Below are positions 1 through 9,973 of a DNA stretch of 30,369 nt, piece after piece; position 1 is the stretch's first letter; each line of letters begins with the position of its first letter. The stretch is taken from the IMG/VR virus record IMGVR_UViG_3300030514_000035, positions 115,027 to 145,395 of that record; one strand, 5' to 3'. This DNA comes from a virus. The position numbers and the translations under genes are program-made. The notes beneath the pieces are model-generated. The model was given only the letters and a program-made list of their open reading frames with translations. It did no database searches and was not told the origin of the DNA.

Positions 1-1428
1 AGTGCTTAATCTCTCATCAGTAGCTTGTTTGTCAACGTTGTAAGCGTCTTGAGAAACCTTAGTTGTTAGTCCCTCAGCATTTTGAGTTACCTTCGTCTCA
101 GCCTCAGCAAGCCTACCATCTACATTTGAAAGGTTCGTGATTGTTGTAGATAACTCACCTTTTGTCTCATCAATTTCTTGATTGATTGTAGTGATATCTC
201 CTTCAATCCCACTTGCTCTAGTCTTAAGACTTTCGATGTCTGAATTAACTGTTCCAATCTTTGTATCAACAGAGTTACTAAGATTAGTGATAGATTGATT
301 AGCTGTGTTAATCTTTCCTTGCAAGTCTGTCTTAGTATTACTTAAGTCAGTCTTAGTTCCAGCCAAGTCATTCTGAACGTTTGTTAAGTTCTGCTTGGTA
401 GTAGCAAGGTCTGTTTGAGTATTGGTAATAGATTGTTTAGCATTGCTGATTTCTGTATTAGCATTAGTGATGTTTGTTTCAGCTTGAGAGACTCTATCTT
501 CGACTTCTTCAATCAACTCATTAGTAGCTGTCACATCAGCATTAATCTTATTAATTAACTCTTGTTTATTGCTAGAAACAGTGCCTTCTAATGTGTCGAC
601 ATCAGACTGAACAGTTCCAATAGCATTGTTCAATTCTGTCTTAGCAGTTGCTAAATCATTTGTAGCTTTTGTTTGTGTTGCAGTGATTTTAGATTCTAGG
701 TCTGTTTTCTGTTGGGCAACCTTGGCATCTAAGGCATCTGCATCTGCTTGAACTGTTTCAATGGTGGTAAGTATTTCAGACTTTGTATTATCAACCTTTG
801 TATCTAAATTGATAATGTCTGTTTTAGCCTTGTCGACTTCAATTGTTTGGTTTGTGATATCTTCGTTAACATTGTCAACGACAGATTGTAAATCTATACT
901 ATTAGCTTTTTGTTCAAGGCTCTCTACGATCCCAGCATATTCTTGCTGATATTGTTCGAGGTTTACTTTCTCACGAAGTTCTGATTCAATCTCATCATAT
1001 TTCTGCTGGTGAACAGATGCATCAACCTTCTTCACTAACTGACCATCAACATAATCAATATCAGCTTTTTGAAGTAGTTCAGTTTTAGCTTCATCTAAAT
1101 CAGAGACAACTTGGTCTTGCTTTGCTTTTAATTCATCTGCTTTAGTTGATAGCGACTCTTGCTCTTGATTTAGGAGGTCTATTAGTTCTTGCTGATTTTG
1201 AATGGTTTGTGATTGACTTTGAACATCAGATGCGACAACATCAACATCACTCTGAACTTGGTCTATCTTATCCTGTACTACTTCTAGGATGCCACCATCA
1301 ATCAAGCTATTGATTGCCGATACTACATCTTCTTTATTATCAGTTTTAAGCAGAGCCAAGTCTCCAACTGTTTTAACAGAAGCGTACTTCCATTCGTTGT
1401 TTTCTAAGTATCTGATATACCTTGGCAT
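1..1428 (-). CDS. Long coiled-coil fibre / virion structural protein (runs off the left edge; not in the ORF track)
   Basis: ATG at 1428 with RBS AGGAGG. Open frame to position 1 (MPRYIRYLENNEWKYASVKTVGDLALLKTDNKEDVVSAINSL...). Heptad-like T/N/D/Q-rich repeats (TQTDLATTKQNLTNVQNDLAGTKTDLSNTKTDL). Located in the tail module. Confidence 0.85.
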   Translation of the reverse strand, partial: MPRYIRYLENNEWKYASVKTVGDLALLKTDNKEDVVSAINSLIDGGILEVVQDKIDQVQSDVDVVASDVQSQSQTIQNQQELIDLLNQEQESLSTKADELKAKQDQVVSDLDEAKTELLQKADIDYVDGQLVKKVDASVHQQKYDEIESELREKVNLEQYQQEYAGIVESLEQKANSIDLQSVVDNVNEDITNQTIEVDKAKTDIINLDTKVDNTKSEILTTIETVQADADALDAKVAQQKTDLESKITATQTKATNDLATAKTELNNAIGTVQSDVDTLEGTVSSNKQELINKINADVTATNELIEEVEDRVSQAETNITNANTEISNAKQSITNTQTDLATTKQNLTNVQNDLAGTKTDLSNTKTDLQGKINTANQSITNLSNSVDTKIGTVNSDIESLKTRASGIEGDITTINQEIDETKGELSTTITNLSNVDGRLAEAETKVTQNAEGLTTKVSQDAYNVDKQATDERLST

Positions 1429-1459
1429 TACAATCCTCCTTTTGATTATCTGTATTTTT

Positions 1460-1500
1460 ATTATAACAAAAAGCAAAAGTATATGTCAATACTTTTGCTT
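1460..1500 (-). promoter_or_regulatory. SigA-type promoter whose -35 is bracketed by an inverted repeat
   Basis: Minus strand TTGACA (1489-1484), 18 nt, TG-T-TATAAT (1465-1460). Inverted repeat AAGCAAAAGTAT-N6-ATACTTTTGCTT at 1471-1500. Confidence 0.75.
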
Positions 1501-1509
1501 AATGTTTCG

Positions 1510-4359
1510 TTATAGTTGGAAGGTTATTTTTCCATCTCTGTCTTTAATCGTAAACTCTTGTATAGAGGCGTTTAGCCACGCATTATCAAATGAGAATCGT
1601 TGCCCTATAGATAAGTAGCCAGTGTAGACATATCCACCTGTACCATTAGAACCAGTTAAAGAAGTACCATTAACAGTCACTGTCAACGCCTTTCCCAACC
1701 ATTCTATCAAGACTTCATTCTTAGCCTCAAGCACAGTGGAAGGAAATTGAAGTAGTCCTAAGCCATTAAGACTGACCTGAAACTTTTGTAGATTTGCATC
1801 ATAATTTGAGAACCAGCGTCCAGTTCCATTGTTCCAGTTGTCAAATAGAAACCCACTAGATATCTTGGCTATAGCAAGGTCTTCATAGTCAAATTTGATT
1901 TTAATAGAGCCACCAGCAGTGTCTATAAGTTTCTCGACATTGTTCACGTATACCTTGTCAATTTTACGTGAACCAACAGTAGGGGAGGTTGGATATCCCT
2001 TCTCTTCTATTTGCCAATCTTTATAAATATCAAAGTAATCGCCAGTGATTGCGCCATTTAAATAGAAGCAGATATTAACTCTAGTAGCACTTGCGTCAGT
2101 AGTAAAAGTCATGTAATATCTATCACCAAGCTTAACAGGTCTTCTTCGGATGGTCGCTAGACCCGATTGCTCGGCAAGGTAGTTTAATTTACCTGTGGCA
2201 CTATCCCCTTCAACAAACTTAGCAGATATAGTATAGGTAGTACTAGGCTTAACAACGATACTGGTAATATATCCACCTGTAGAATTGCCATCTGTCTGTC
2301 CAGTAAATCTAATACGATCCCCCAAATCCATCATAGTCGTACCATTATTAGAAGAGATGTTCTTACTTCCAAACAAGTTTGTCGTGCCTTCTTCAATAAA
2401 CAATCCTCCATTTTTAAATCTTGGATTGTTTGTCCCATATTGAACTCCATCTAATACTTCAGCGCCTTGACGTTGATATTCAAATGAGTATTTGCGGTAA
2501 GGCGCTTTCTTGATAGATGAAACAGGGTTTCCTAATTGATAAGGCGCATAGCCTGTTCTTTCACCTATCTCAAGCTGTAAGTCTTCGATTTCAATCTTAG
2601 TGTACCCTACTTGGTTACTTTGCACACGCATAAACACACTTGTAAAATCAAGTGGAATTACCTTCGTGGTGCTATTAGTTCCACTTAATACAAAATCAGT
2701 ATTACCAGTAGAACCTCCATAGAATCGTAATTGAATCTGAGAGTTTGATTGACTTCTGTCGAACTTCATTGTACTAAGGGTAACTGTTCTGCCTCTAAGA
2801 TTATTAAAGACATCCATGTTAATTGGCATTGAAACTCCTGCATATGCATTAATGTTATTTAATTCAACGACAAGTCTATTCTTAGTTTGCTCTAAGAATT
2901 TAACAGATACATTGGCAGGATTGTCTGCAATCCATTGAGTAAATGGCAAGAGATAGTTTTTTTGAGGAACTGGAGTAACCTTCTTGTTAGCCGACACATA
3001 AGGCTGAAACGCAGTTAACTCCCCTTCTTCTAACTGCAATCCATCGAAGGACACCTTTCCAGCTAAGTTTGTAACTGGAACTTGAAGCCTAACTAATACT
3101 CCTGAGACATTGCTATCAGTTGTAAAAGTAACAGATGATCGAGTCCAAGAAGTAGATGTTACAGAGTTACCTAGCTTCTCCCCACTATAAACAGTTCCCT
3201 GTTTGTTAAACAGGATTCCTTTAATAAATCCTAAAACTCCTGACCCATCTGTTTTAATGTAGCTAGATAGGGTGTAAGTTGTATTTGGTTTAAGCTTATA
3301 CAATTTAAACACATTGACTGGTAAATCACCATGTAGAACATAGTAATTATCTGTTACAGTTTGGGGATCAATGCTTAACTCATAATACTTACTATTTACA
3401 AACCCACCATCACGCAATACAGTAGCAACCCTATTGCTACTTCCTACACCTCCATTCAAGAACTGAGGATTTGAGTGCTGAGAAAATAGCATGTTCTTTT
3501 TAGGAACAAATCTACTTCTCTTTGGCTTCCATACAAGTTCATAAGGCTCATATGGAGTCTCATATGCACCTTCTTCGATTTGAATTAAATCATCGATACT
3601 AGTTGCTCCATTATGCCACTTCATATAACGTGCATTTGAAGGAGATGTTTGTGTCGCCCCCAAAGCATTGCTGATATGAGTGAAGTTTTTATCAAAGAAA
3701 TATAGCCTTGGATTAGGATTGGACTTACCTGAGATAGAAAATGTGTATTGTGTACTAGGTTTTACTGGAGTAAAGTTAATACTTCTTACATTTTCTCCAC
3801 TGATATTAACGCCATTACCATCAATGTTTCCAATTTCCTGATTACCATTGAATATATTCTTTTTAGGTGCTAACTCATATAGAGACTCAGCCCCATCCTC
3901 AATCTTTTCTTCAAAATCTGTGGACACTACTCCTTCTTCAAGTTGAAGACCTTTAAAGTAGTAAGTCTCAGAGGTTGTATCATTGTTCTGTATCTTGAAA
4001 TAAAGAGTCGTTATACCACTTGGTATAGCGATACCCTCCATTTTATTTCCATTAGAAAAAGCTATGCTCTTATTAGTAAGCACTCCACCAAGTCTCCAGC
4101 TTAACTGGATGGCACTACCACTTCCCCTTGCCTCTTGAACAGAGATAGACACTGTCTTTCCTGCCAATGATAAAGGGAGGTCATAACTTAATCCCATGTA
4201 CTTACTATTAATGGCTTTGTAACTCACTTCATAACCATTCTTCACAACATCTCCGATTAAAGATGCGTCTCCTACAACTTTCCATCCCTTATCTTCAAAA
4301 GGTGGAATATAGTTTTTTCTAACCCTCTTAAAAGAGGGCGTGTTTAATCCTGTTACCAC
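1510..4359 (-). CDS. Tail fibre / receptor-binding protein with tandem CBM-like beta-sandwich modules and a C-terminal ConA/LamG-like domain
   Basis: 949 aa, GTG start after GGAGGTG. Repeated modules starting KKN and ending QLEEG..T.[YF]EPY; TYTLSSYIKT motif of the CBM4/9-like type. Paralog of 4380-7046. Confidence 0.75.
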   Translation of the reverse strand: MVTGLNTPSFKRVRKNYIPPFEDKGWKVVGDASLIGDVVKNGYEVSYKAINSKYMGLSYDLPLSLAGKTVSISVQEARGSGSAIQLSWRLGGVLTNKSIAFSNGNKMEGIAIPSGITTLYFKIQNNDTTSETYYFKGLQLEEGVVSTDFEEKIEDGAESLYELAPKKNIFNGNQEIGNIDGNGVNISGENVRSINFTPVKPSTQYTFSISGKSNPNPRLYFFDKNFTHISNALGATQTSPSNARYMKWHNGATSIDDLIQIEEGAYETPYEPYELVWKPKRSRFVPKKNMLFSQHSNPQFLNGGVGSSNRVATVLRDGGFVNSKYYELSIDPQTVTDNYYVLHGDLPVNVFKLYKLKPNTTYTLSSYIKTDGSGVLGFIKGILFNKQGTVYSGEKLGNSVTSTSWTRSSVTFTTDSNVSGVLVRLQVPVTNLAGKVSFDGLQLEEGELTAFQPYVSANKKVTPVPQKNYLLPFTQWIADNPANVSVKFLEQTKNRLVVELNNINAYAGVSMPINMDVFNNLRGRTVTLSTMKFDRSQSNSQIQLRFYGGSTGNTDFVLSGTNSTTKVIPLDFTSVFMRVQSNQVGYTKIEIEDLQLEIGERTGYAPYQLGNPVSSIKKAPYRKYSFEYQRQGAEVLDGVQYGTNNPRFKNGGLFIEEGTTNLFGSKNISSNNGTTMMDLGDRIRFTGQTDGNSTGGYITSIVVKPSTTYTISAKFVEGDSATGKLNYLAEQSGLATIRRRPVKLGDRYYMTFTTDASATRVNICFYLNGAITGDYFDIYKDWQIEEKGYPTSPTVGSRKIDKVYVNNVEKLIDTAGGSIKIKFDYEDLAIAKISSGFLFDNWNNGTGRWFSNYDANLQKFQVSLNGLGLLQFPSTVLEAKNEVLIEWLGKALTVTVNGTSLTGSNGTGGYVYTGYLSIGQRFSFDNAWLNASIQEFTIKDRDGKITFQL

Positions 4360-4379
4360 AGAGTTTTACACCTCCAATT

Positions 4380-7046
4380 TCACAGCTTATAAACTGTTTC
4401 TCCGTTTCTATTTCTAATGATAAGACTTTTGTAAATAGCATTTCCGCACCCATAAGAGTCTTCAGCCACACCCCTGCTTCCAACGTTCAAGGAGTATCTG
4501 TATGTGCTTTCGAAAGTCTTCATCATACTACCAACGTCAATAATCTTAGAATCATTGACTGCCAATACAGTCTTGTTATTAGCCTTATTCCAATCCATTC
4601 TGTACTTAATAGTATCGCCATTTTTCCAAGCTACATCATCACGATATCCAATGAGATTAATTCCACTAACTGGACTAATTATAACGAACTCTACTCTATT
4701 AGCTTTGGAATAGCTTCTACGAATTATGAATCCACCGACCCCTGCGAGATAACAAGATAGGTCATGTTGTCCCCAGTTTTCTCCTCCAAGCTGTACAGTC
4801 TCTCCTCCCAATGGAATTATCTCCATTTCTATAGAGCCTCTTTCTGTGTCGATATATCTCCCTGCATCAGTAATTGCCAAGTTCTCTTTTCTACGCTCTC
4901 CTATAACTGGAGGAGTAGCATAGTTCTTAGTTTCTACTTGAACTCCTGCAAGATAGAATTCACTATTTAAGATGTTCTCAGTATAGATAATAGGATTGAT
5001 AGTTGTTACAGCATTTGCAGTATACTCAATTCTATTCCATGCATTTAACTGTAGATTTTCAAACTTCTTATCAATGGCAGTGCCTGCTCCACCACGAAGA
5101 CCTGTTCTAATATAATTGTGGGTTAGTGGGTATACCCAAAACGAAATAGTATGTGCCACATTGGATACACTAACATGCTTTTGACTATTAATATAAGGAG
5201 TTGAACTACTACTCTCTAGATGAGTCTTGTAAACATCTAGACCTTCTATTGGAGGAGTAATATCTTTCATCTTCACGACAGTAGACTTCTCTCCTCCAAG
5301 ATTCCAAATATCTCTATCCAACAGATTAGTAGAAAATAGGTTTTTACTAGCATCTCCTACATATATACCTTCGCTAGTAATCTTAGGTTGATTAGTACCA
5401 AACACCTTTGAGTCAGTGGTCAAGGCACTCCCACGTACAAAGTTAAATGGATATTCTTTGAAAGAAGCTTTTGGAATTACACTTTTTCTTAATCTGTTTA
5501 AGAATTTATAAGACTCGAACTCTGTGGCGATAGAGCCTAACTCCAATTGAATCTTGCTGTACACAACTTTAGTTGGCATTGGTGTATAGTTTCCTGTTGT
5601 TACAGTAATATACTTCTCATCTGAAGTTGTGGTGAAGGTCAAAACGCTCTTTCCTGATCCAGCAAGTTGTCTTCCATTTGAGGTATTTACAATGTCACCA
5701 TAGACACCATTATGAGTTGCCCCTGTAGTAGTTCTCTTTTGAGTGATTATAGCAAAGCTTCCGAATACAGATGGATCACCATGCACTAGTGATAGTGTGT
5801 ATGTGGTATTTGGTTTAACCTCGATATTCTTATACACTAAACTAGCTGTCTGATTTCCCATTTGTAAAGTCTCGTCAAACTCAGCGATATGTTCATTCTT
5901 GGGCATTAAGTTTTTACGAAGTGATTTCTCTGAATTCTTTTGTAAATAAATAGCACCCTTAATAGTAGCACTGTTCTGTTTAATAGAGTCTTTTGGGTTT
6001 AAAGATGCGACATCTTGTTTTGTAAAATCATATTCCAACTTAAGATTAGCTTCAGTTCCTGATTTAACCTCCGCATCAGATAACACTCTATCCCAAAGTC
6101 TACCTCTCTCTATAGTTCCAGTGAATCCATAAGTAAGATTGGATATAGCACCCATAGATAGCCCTGTAGAGAATGGCAGGAAATCGTAAACAGCTTTATC
6201 TGCATAGGAAGTGATAACTCTCTGCTTTAAAACTCCATCTACGAATAGAGATAACTGTCTATCTGTAGCCCTGTAAACCATAGTAGCAATAGACCTTTTC
6301 CCAAATGGTGCTGGACTTTGAATAACCTCTCTAAATACTGTTCCTGTAGATTTATTCTTGAATTGAATCTGCATTCTCACTTGCTCTTCATTAGAGTTGT
6401 ATAGCAAGCCTTCGTGCCAACCTGACCAGCCCATTAGGAATTCTTCGTTACTCTTTCTAGATGTTAATCTAGGGGTAAATATCACTTCCATAGAGAAGTC
6501 TCTTTCAGCAGATAAGAAGTCATTCATATTGTCTATAGTTACAGCGCCTCTGCCATCAAAACTCAACCCTTTTTTAGAGGTCTCATTTGTCTCATACATT
6601 TCCTCAAACTCAGTACATTTCTCGCCTATCTCTAACTGCAAGTTTCTGAATGCAACAAGATTAGTTCCAATAGCAGTAGAGGACACTTTTACTCTTATAC
6701 CAGTTGCACCAAGAGGGATAGCGTAATTCTCAATTTTAGTGGTAGTAGCATTAACTCCTCTGTAGACAGGATTAGCGCCTCCTGCTGGTTGATAGATAAT
6801 CTCGATCCAAGGAGAGATGCCATCTGCATACTCTGCAGACAACGATAGTTTATTCCCTGCAAGAAAGTCAGGTAGATAAATGTTTACCCCTTGATATTGA
6901 GGAGCAGTAAAGCTAATATTATATCCTTCTTTAAAAAGGTCTACAGGGTTGAATCCTGTATTTGTTTGCCACCTTTCATCATCAAAAGGTGGCAGTATAT
7001 TTTTTCTATATTGTTTTAAAGCTAGTTTATTCTGACCAATGTTCAC
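4380..7046 (-). CDS. Tail fibre / receptor-binding protein with LamG-like and CBM-like domains
   Basis: 888 aa, GTG start after AGGAGG. LamG_3-like segment (FSMEVIFTP...LSLFVDGV...FTGTIERGRLWDRVLSDAEV) and QLE[IL]G..T.FE modules. N-terminus RKNILPPFDDERW matches RKNYIPPFEDKGW of the neighbour. Confidence 0.75.
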   Translation of the reverse strand: MNIGQNKLALKQYRKNILPPFDDERWQTNTGFNPVDLFKEGYNISFTAPQYQGVNIYLPDFLAGNKLSLSAEYADGISPWIEIIYQPAGGANPVYRGVNATTTKIENYAIPLGATGIRVKVSSTAIGTNLVAFRNLQLEIGEKCTEFEEMYETNETSKKGLSFDGRGAVTIDNMNDFLSAERDFSMEVIFTPRLTSRKSNEEFLMGWSGWHEGLLYNSNEEQVRMQIQFKNKSTGTVFREVIQSPAPFGKRSIATMVYRATDRQLSLFVDGVLKQRVITSYADKAVYDFLPFSTGLSMGAISNLTYGFTGTIERGRLWDRVLSDAEVKSGTEANLKLEYDFTKQDVASLNPKDSIKQNSATIKGAIYLQKNSEKSLRKNLMPKNEHIAEFDETLQMGNQTASLVYKNIEVKPNTTYTLSLVHGDPSVFGSFAIITQKRTTTGATHNGVYGDIVNTSNGRQLAGSGKSVLTFTTTSDEKYITVTTGNYTPMPTKVVYSKIQLELGSIATEFESYKFLNRLRKSVIPKASFKEYPFNFVRGSALTTDSKVFGTNQPKITSEGIYVGDASKNLFSTNLLDRDIWNLGGEKSTVVKMKDITPPIEGLDVYKTHLESSSSTPYINSQKHVSVSNVAHTISFWVYPLTHNYIRTGLRGGAGTAIDKKFENLQLNAWNRIEYTANAVTTINPIIYTENILNSEFYLAGVQVETKNYATPPVIGERRKENLAITDAGRYIDTERGSIEMEIIPLGGETVQLGGENWGQHDLSCYLAGVGGFIIRRSYSKANRVEFVIISPVSGINLIGYRDDVAWKNGDTIKYRMDWNKANNKTVLAVNDSKIIDVGSMMKTFESTYRYSLNVGSRGVAEDSYGCGNAIYKSLIIRNRNGETVYKL

Positions 7047-7060
7047 TTAGCTAATCCTCC

Positions 7061-7369
7061 TTATTCTGTAGGAGGAGTTTCTTCTTGTACTGGCTCTTCC
7101 TCTACAGGTTGTTCTTCAGTCACTGGTTGTTCTTCAGCTACAGGTTCTTCCTTAACATATTGTAAGCAATAATTCGCTGTATCTCCGTTGATTAACATGT
7201 CAGGATGAGCATCATTATAATGAGATACTAGATACTGAGTGTCACAGTATGAAACGTAATCATCAGGCACGAATGCATCTTGAATTTCAATCAAGTCTTC
7301 TTTAATAATAAGGATTTCCTCTTCTGTCAAATCCATAATTCCATTAACATGCGGTGGTACATTTGCCAT
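7061..7369 (-). CDS. Acidic hypothetical protein (possible fibre chaperone)
   Basis: 102 aa ORF with RBS GAGAGG and a C-terminal EEQPV repeat. Lies directly upstream of the fibre genes. Confidence 0.7.
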   Translation of the reverse strand: MANVPPHVNGIMDLTEEEILIIKEDLIEIQDAFVPDDYVSYCDTQYLVSHYNDAHPDMLINGDTANYCLQYVKEEPVAEEQPVTEEQPVEEEPVQEETPPTE

Positions 7370-7390
7370 AGTCGTTTTCCTCTCTTTCTA

Positions 7391-7801
7391 TTAAGCTTTT
7401 AAATACATGTAGCAAGTAGTTGTTTTCGCATTGGCTGTATCTTTGTTCTTAACGTTAACTCTCGCAAATGGTGCGGTTACAGGTACTTCTATTGCCACGT
7501 TATTTGCCGTTCCATCGTAGGCAGTAATAGTTGAAATGTAGTTTACTCCATCGTAAGAGAAGTCTACATAAACAGCCATTCCTGTTCCACTGGACATGCT
7601 AACATTAACTCCAATCTTGTCAAACCCTCTTACCTCTGTGTAAGAACTTGGACTTGTTCCATTCGCTCCAATTGAAACTGCATTGTGTGTTTGAATCAGT
7701 TCTTGATGGTGGTTTTGAACATCCACTGGCATCATAATGTCAGATGCGTCAAGATTAGTTCGTCTAGCCCAAATACCATCGCCTAAATATTTTGTAGTCA
7801 C
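7391..7801 (-). CDS. Small beta-sandwich structural protein, paralog of 9451-9864
   Basis: 136 aa, GTG start, RBS GAAGGGAG. Motifs DFSYDGVNY...APFARVNVKN...YMYL align with EWSMDGTNV...ARYFRMIVRN...YAYL in the paralog. Confidence 0.7.
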   Translation of the reverse strand: MTTKYLGDGIWARRTNLDASDIMMPVDVQNHHQELIQTHNAVSIGANGTSPSSYTEVRGFDKIGVNVSMSSGTGMAVYVDFSYDGVNYISTITAYDGTANNVAIEVPVTAPFARVNVKNKDTANAKTTTCYMYLKA

Positions 7802-7821
7802 GAAAATGACTCCCTTCTATT

Positions 7822-7862
7822 ATTATATTATTTTAATGTATTTACGTCAATACTTTTGCTTA
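7822..7862 (-). promoter_or_regulatory. SigA-type promoter with the upstream conserved motif
   Basis: AAGCAAAAGTA-TTGACG (7850-7845), 17 nt, TATAAT (7827-7822). Confidence 0.75.
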
Positions 7863-7863
7863 G

Positions 7864-9297
7864 TTAAAGAATGTATTCCTCTTCTGCTCTTCTTACTCTC
7901 AGGTACTCTAGATGAACGTGGTCATCTGTCCACAATCTAAGTCCATCTGAACTAAGCTGAGGGAAGATAATGTTACTCAACACATACCCTCCATCGTTTA
8001 CGAAAATCTCAACAGTGCTGTTGTCTACAAGGATGACAAGTTTAACCTTGCCTTCTTTTGGCTCAACCTTGACTTTTTGTTGTCTATTGAATATTTCGCC
8101 TAGTTCTGTGAAGCCACTGCTACTTCTATCGAATACTAACTCGTGAGTTACTTTATCGTAGGTTAAATCAGTATGCTCACCGTTACCATCTCTTAAAGCA
8201 AATCCAAACTTACCTGAAGTTAAATCAGCCACATCTATTTTCGCTTCTATTGAGTATGAAGTTTCTCGTATATTCTTTAGGATATTTTCTTGATTTTTAT
8301 ATATAGTTGCTCCCTCAAGAAATTGAATCTCTCTTAGACTAGGAAGTAAGTTCCACACAGGGCTTTGGATTAGCTTTAAGCCACTAGATGATGTCACTAA
8401 TCTTAATTCTCTTACGATACTAGTATTTCCAATATAGGTTTCCCAAGGGACTTTTGTTGCGTATTCCCAATTGCTCATCCAAGAAGTAAAGTATCTATAA
8501 TTACCTTCACAATAAGGCGCATCCCAAGTTACTCCTGCGTAAGAATCAGCGCCATATTCTAGCCATTGAACACTTGTTTCACTATGAAAATCCTTCCCAT
8601 CAAAGTCTCCAACATAATAGAATGTTCCAGTCGTAAGCCCAAACATAAATCCATTTCCACCTACTGCTAATACCCACTTTTTATTAGATGGATTTCCATC
8701 TACGTTTATCTCAAAAATGTCAGGACACTCAATAATCCCAATATCCTCAGAGGGAACAAAAGAAGATGTGTATGTCCAATCTTTTAGATTAGAGGATGTG
8801 TAGAATGCCACTTTGTATTTCTCAGCCAGTAGCATAATCCACTTACCAGTAGATTCATGCCAAATGATTTTTGGGTCACGAAAATCAGCTTGACCTGTAG
8901 GATTATGTTGTACGATTCCATGATAGGTGAAATTATTGCCATCATCTTTGCTATACCATAAATGAGTTGAATTTGTCTCAGGAGGCATTGTTACCAATGC
9001 GATAATTGCTCCATACCCAAATCCTGCGGTATTGTCATAGTCCTTTACGCATGAACCAGTCCAAGGGTCTCCTGCTGGTGTTTGATACTTTTCAATAGCA
9101 ACAGGCTTTCTATTCCAGTGAATAAGGTCAGTAGATGTAACATGCGCCCACTCTGTGCCATTTCCTCCCCAAGAGTAATCTTCGTTCCAAAGATAATAAA
9201 GGTGATGTTCGCCATTTATATACAGTGGTCTTTGTAAATCATTCATCCATTCTCTTTCAGGCGTGATATGAAATTTTGGTCTATATTTTTCTGTCAC
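7864..9297 (-). CDS. GH32 levanase / beta-2,6-fructanase (LevB-like), no signal peptide
   Basis: 477 aa. GH32 catalytic motifs WMNDLQRP (NDPQ-like variant), W.H.TS.DL, WTGS, FRDP and IECPD. C-terminal GH32 beta-sandwich (VDNSTVEIFVNDG). Confidence 0.92.
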   Translation of the reverse strand: MTEKYRPKFHITPEREWMNDLQRPLYINGEHHLYYLWNEDYSWGGNGTEWAHVTSTDLIHWNRKPVAIEKYQTPAGDPWTGSCVKDYDNTAGFGYGAIIALVTMPPETNSTHLWYSKDDGNNFTYHGIVQHNPTGQADFRDPKIIWHESTGKWIMLLAEKYKVAFYTSSNLKDWTYTSSFVPSEDIGIIECPDIFEINVDGNPSNKKWVLAVGGNGFMFGLTTGTFYYVGDFDGKDFHSETSVQWLEYGADSYAGVTWDAPYCEGNYRYFTSWMSNWEYATKVPWETYIGNTSIVRELRLVTSSSGLKLIQSPVWNLLPSLREIQFLEGATIYKNQENILKNIRETSYSIEAKIDVADLTSGKFGFALRDGNGEHTDLTYDKVTHELVFDRSSSGFTELGEIFNRQQKVKVEPKEGKVKLVILVDNSTVEIFVNDGGYVLSNIIFPQLSSDGLRLWTDDHVHLEYLRVRRAEEEYIL

Positions 9298-9345
9298 GAA
9301 AACATCCCTTCCATTAAATTAATTCATTTTCCTTACATCCTACAG

Positions 9346-9369
9346 TTAATAAAACTTGGATTTTATTAA
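9346..9369. promoter_or_regulatory. AT-rich palindrome, candidate operator upstream of the levanase gene
   Basis: TTAATAAAA-N6-TTTTATTAA. A similar AATAAAA-N6-TTTTATT occurs at 24785-24804 upstream of HU. Confidence 0.4.
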
Positions 9370-9450
9370 ACTTATTTCTGAATACAAAAAAATGAGGGGG
9401 CAAACTAATCTACATATAATACATGCGTAAACTAATCTGCCCCCTTTTCT

Positions 9451-9864
9451 TTATTGAGTTAAATATGCGTAAGACTCAACGTCCTGCGCTACAGAGTCTT
9501 CGTTTCTTACAATCATGCGGAAATATCGTGCTCTAATAGGAGCAGATGGATGATTGAAATCAACTCTTTGAATCTCTGAAATCATTGTCCTACCATCAAC
9601 GTTTGTGCCATCCATAGACCATTCAAAATAGAAAGTTACTAAACCATCTGATTTTGAACTATTCACTAGAATGTTAACGATAGTAAATCCTTCATCACAT
9701 TGAACCCACTCACTAGCAACCTCACCTTTAGGTGCAAGCGCTGTAGCAGTTCCCATATTAACAGTTCTGAAAGATGCCTTAACTGGCATATTGGAGTGGT
9801 AATCTTTAATGATAACAGGCACTGTAGCATCGAACTTAGCGATATTTACATTTGAATATGCCAA
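9451..9864 (-). CDS. Small beta-sandwich structural protein, paralog of 7391-7801
   Basis: 137 aa, TTG start after AAGGAGG. Shares motifs with 7391-7801. Confidence 0.7.
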   Translation of the reverse strand: MAYSNVNIAKFDATVPVIIKDYHSNMPVKASFRTVNMGTATALAPKGEVASEWVQCDEGFTIVNILVNSSKSDGLVTFYFEWSMDGTNVDGRTMISEIQRVDFNHPSAPIRARYFRMIVRNEDSVAQDVESYAYLTQ

Positions 9865-9888
9865 GGTACAGACCCTCCTTCAAAAAGA

Positions 9889-9914
9889 TAAAAAGAGCCT
9901 CCGAAGAGACTCTT
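9889..9914 (-). terminator. Rho-independent terminator after the major tail gene
   Basis: AAGAGTCTC-TTCG-GAGGCTCTT followed by a T-tract. Confidence 0.75.
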
Positions 9915-9973
9915 AAGTGTTTAATACAAATCTAGATAAGCAGTATCACCAACGCCTATGACGTTGATGTCAC

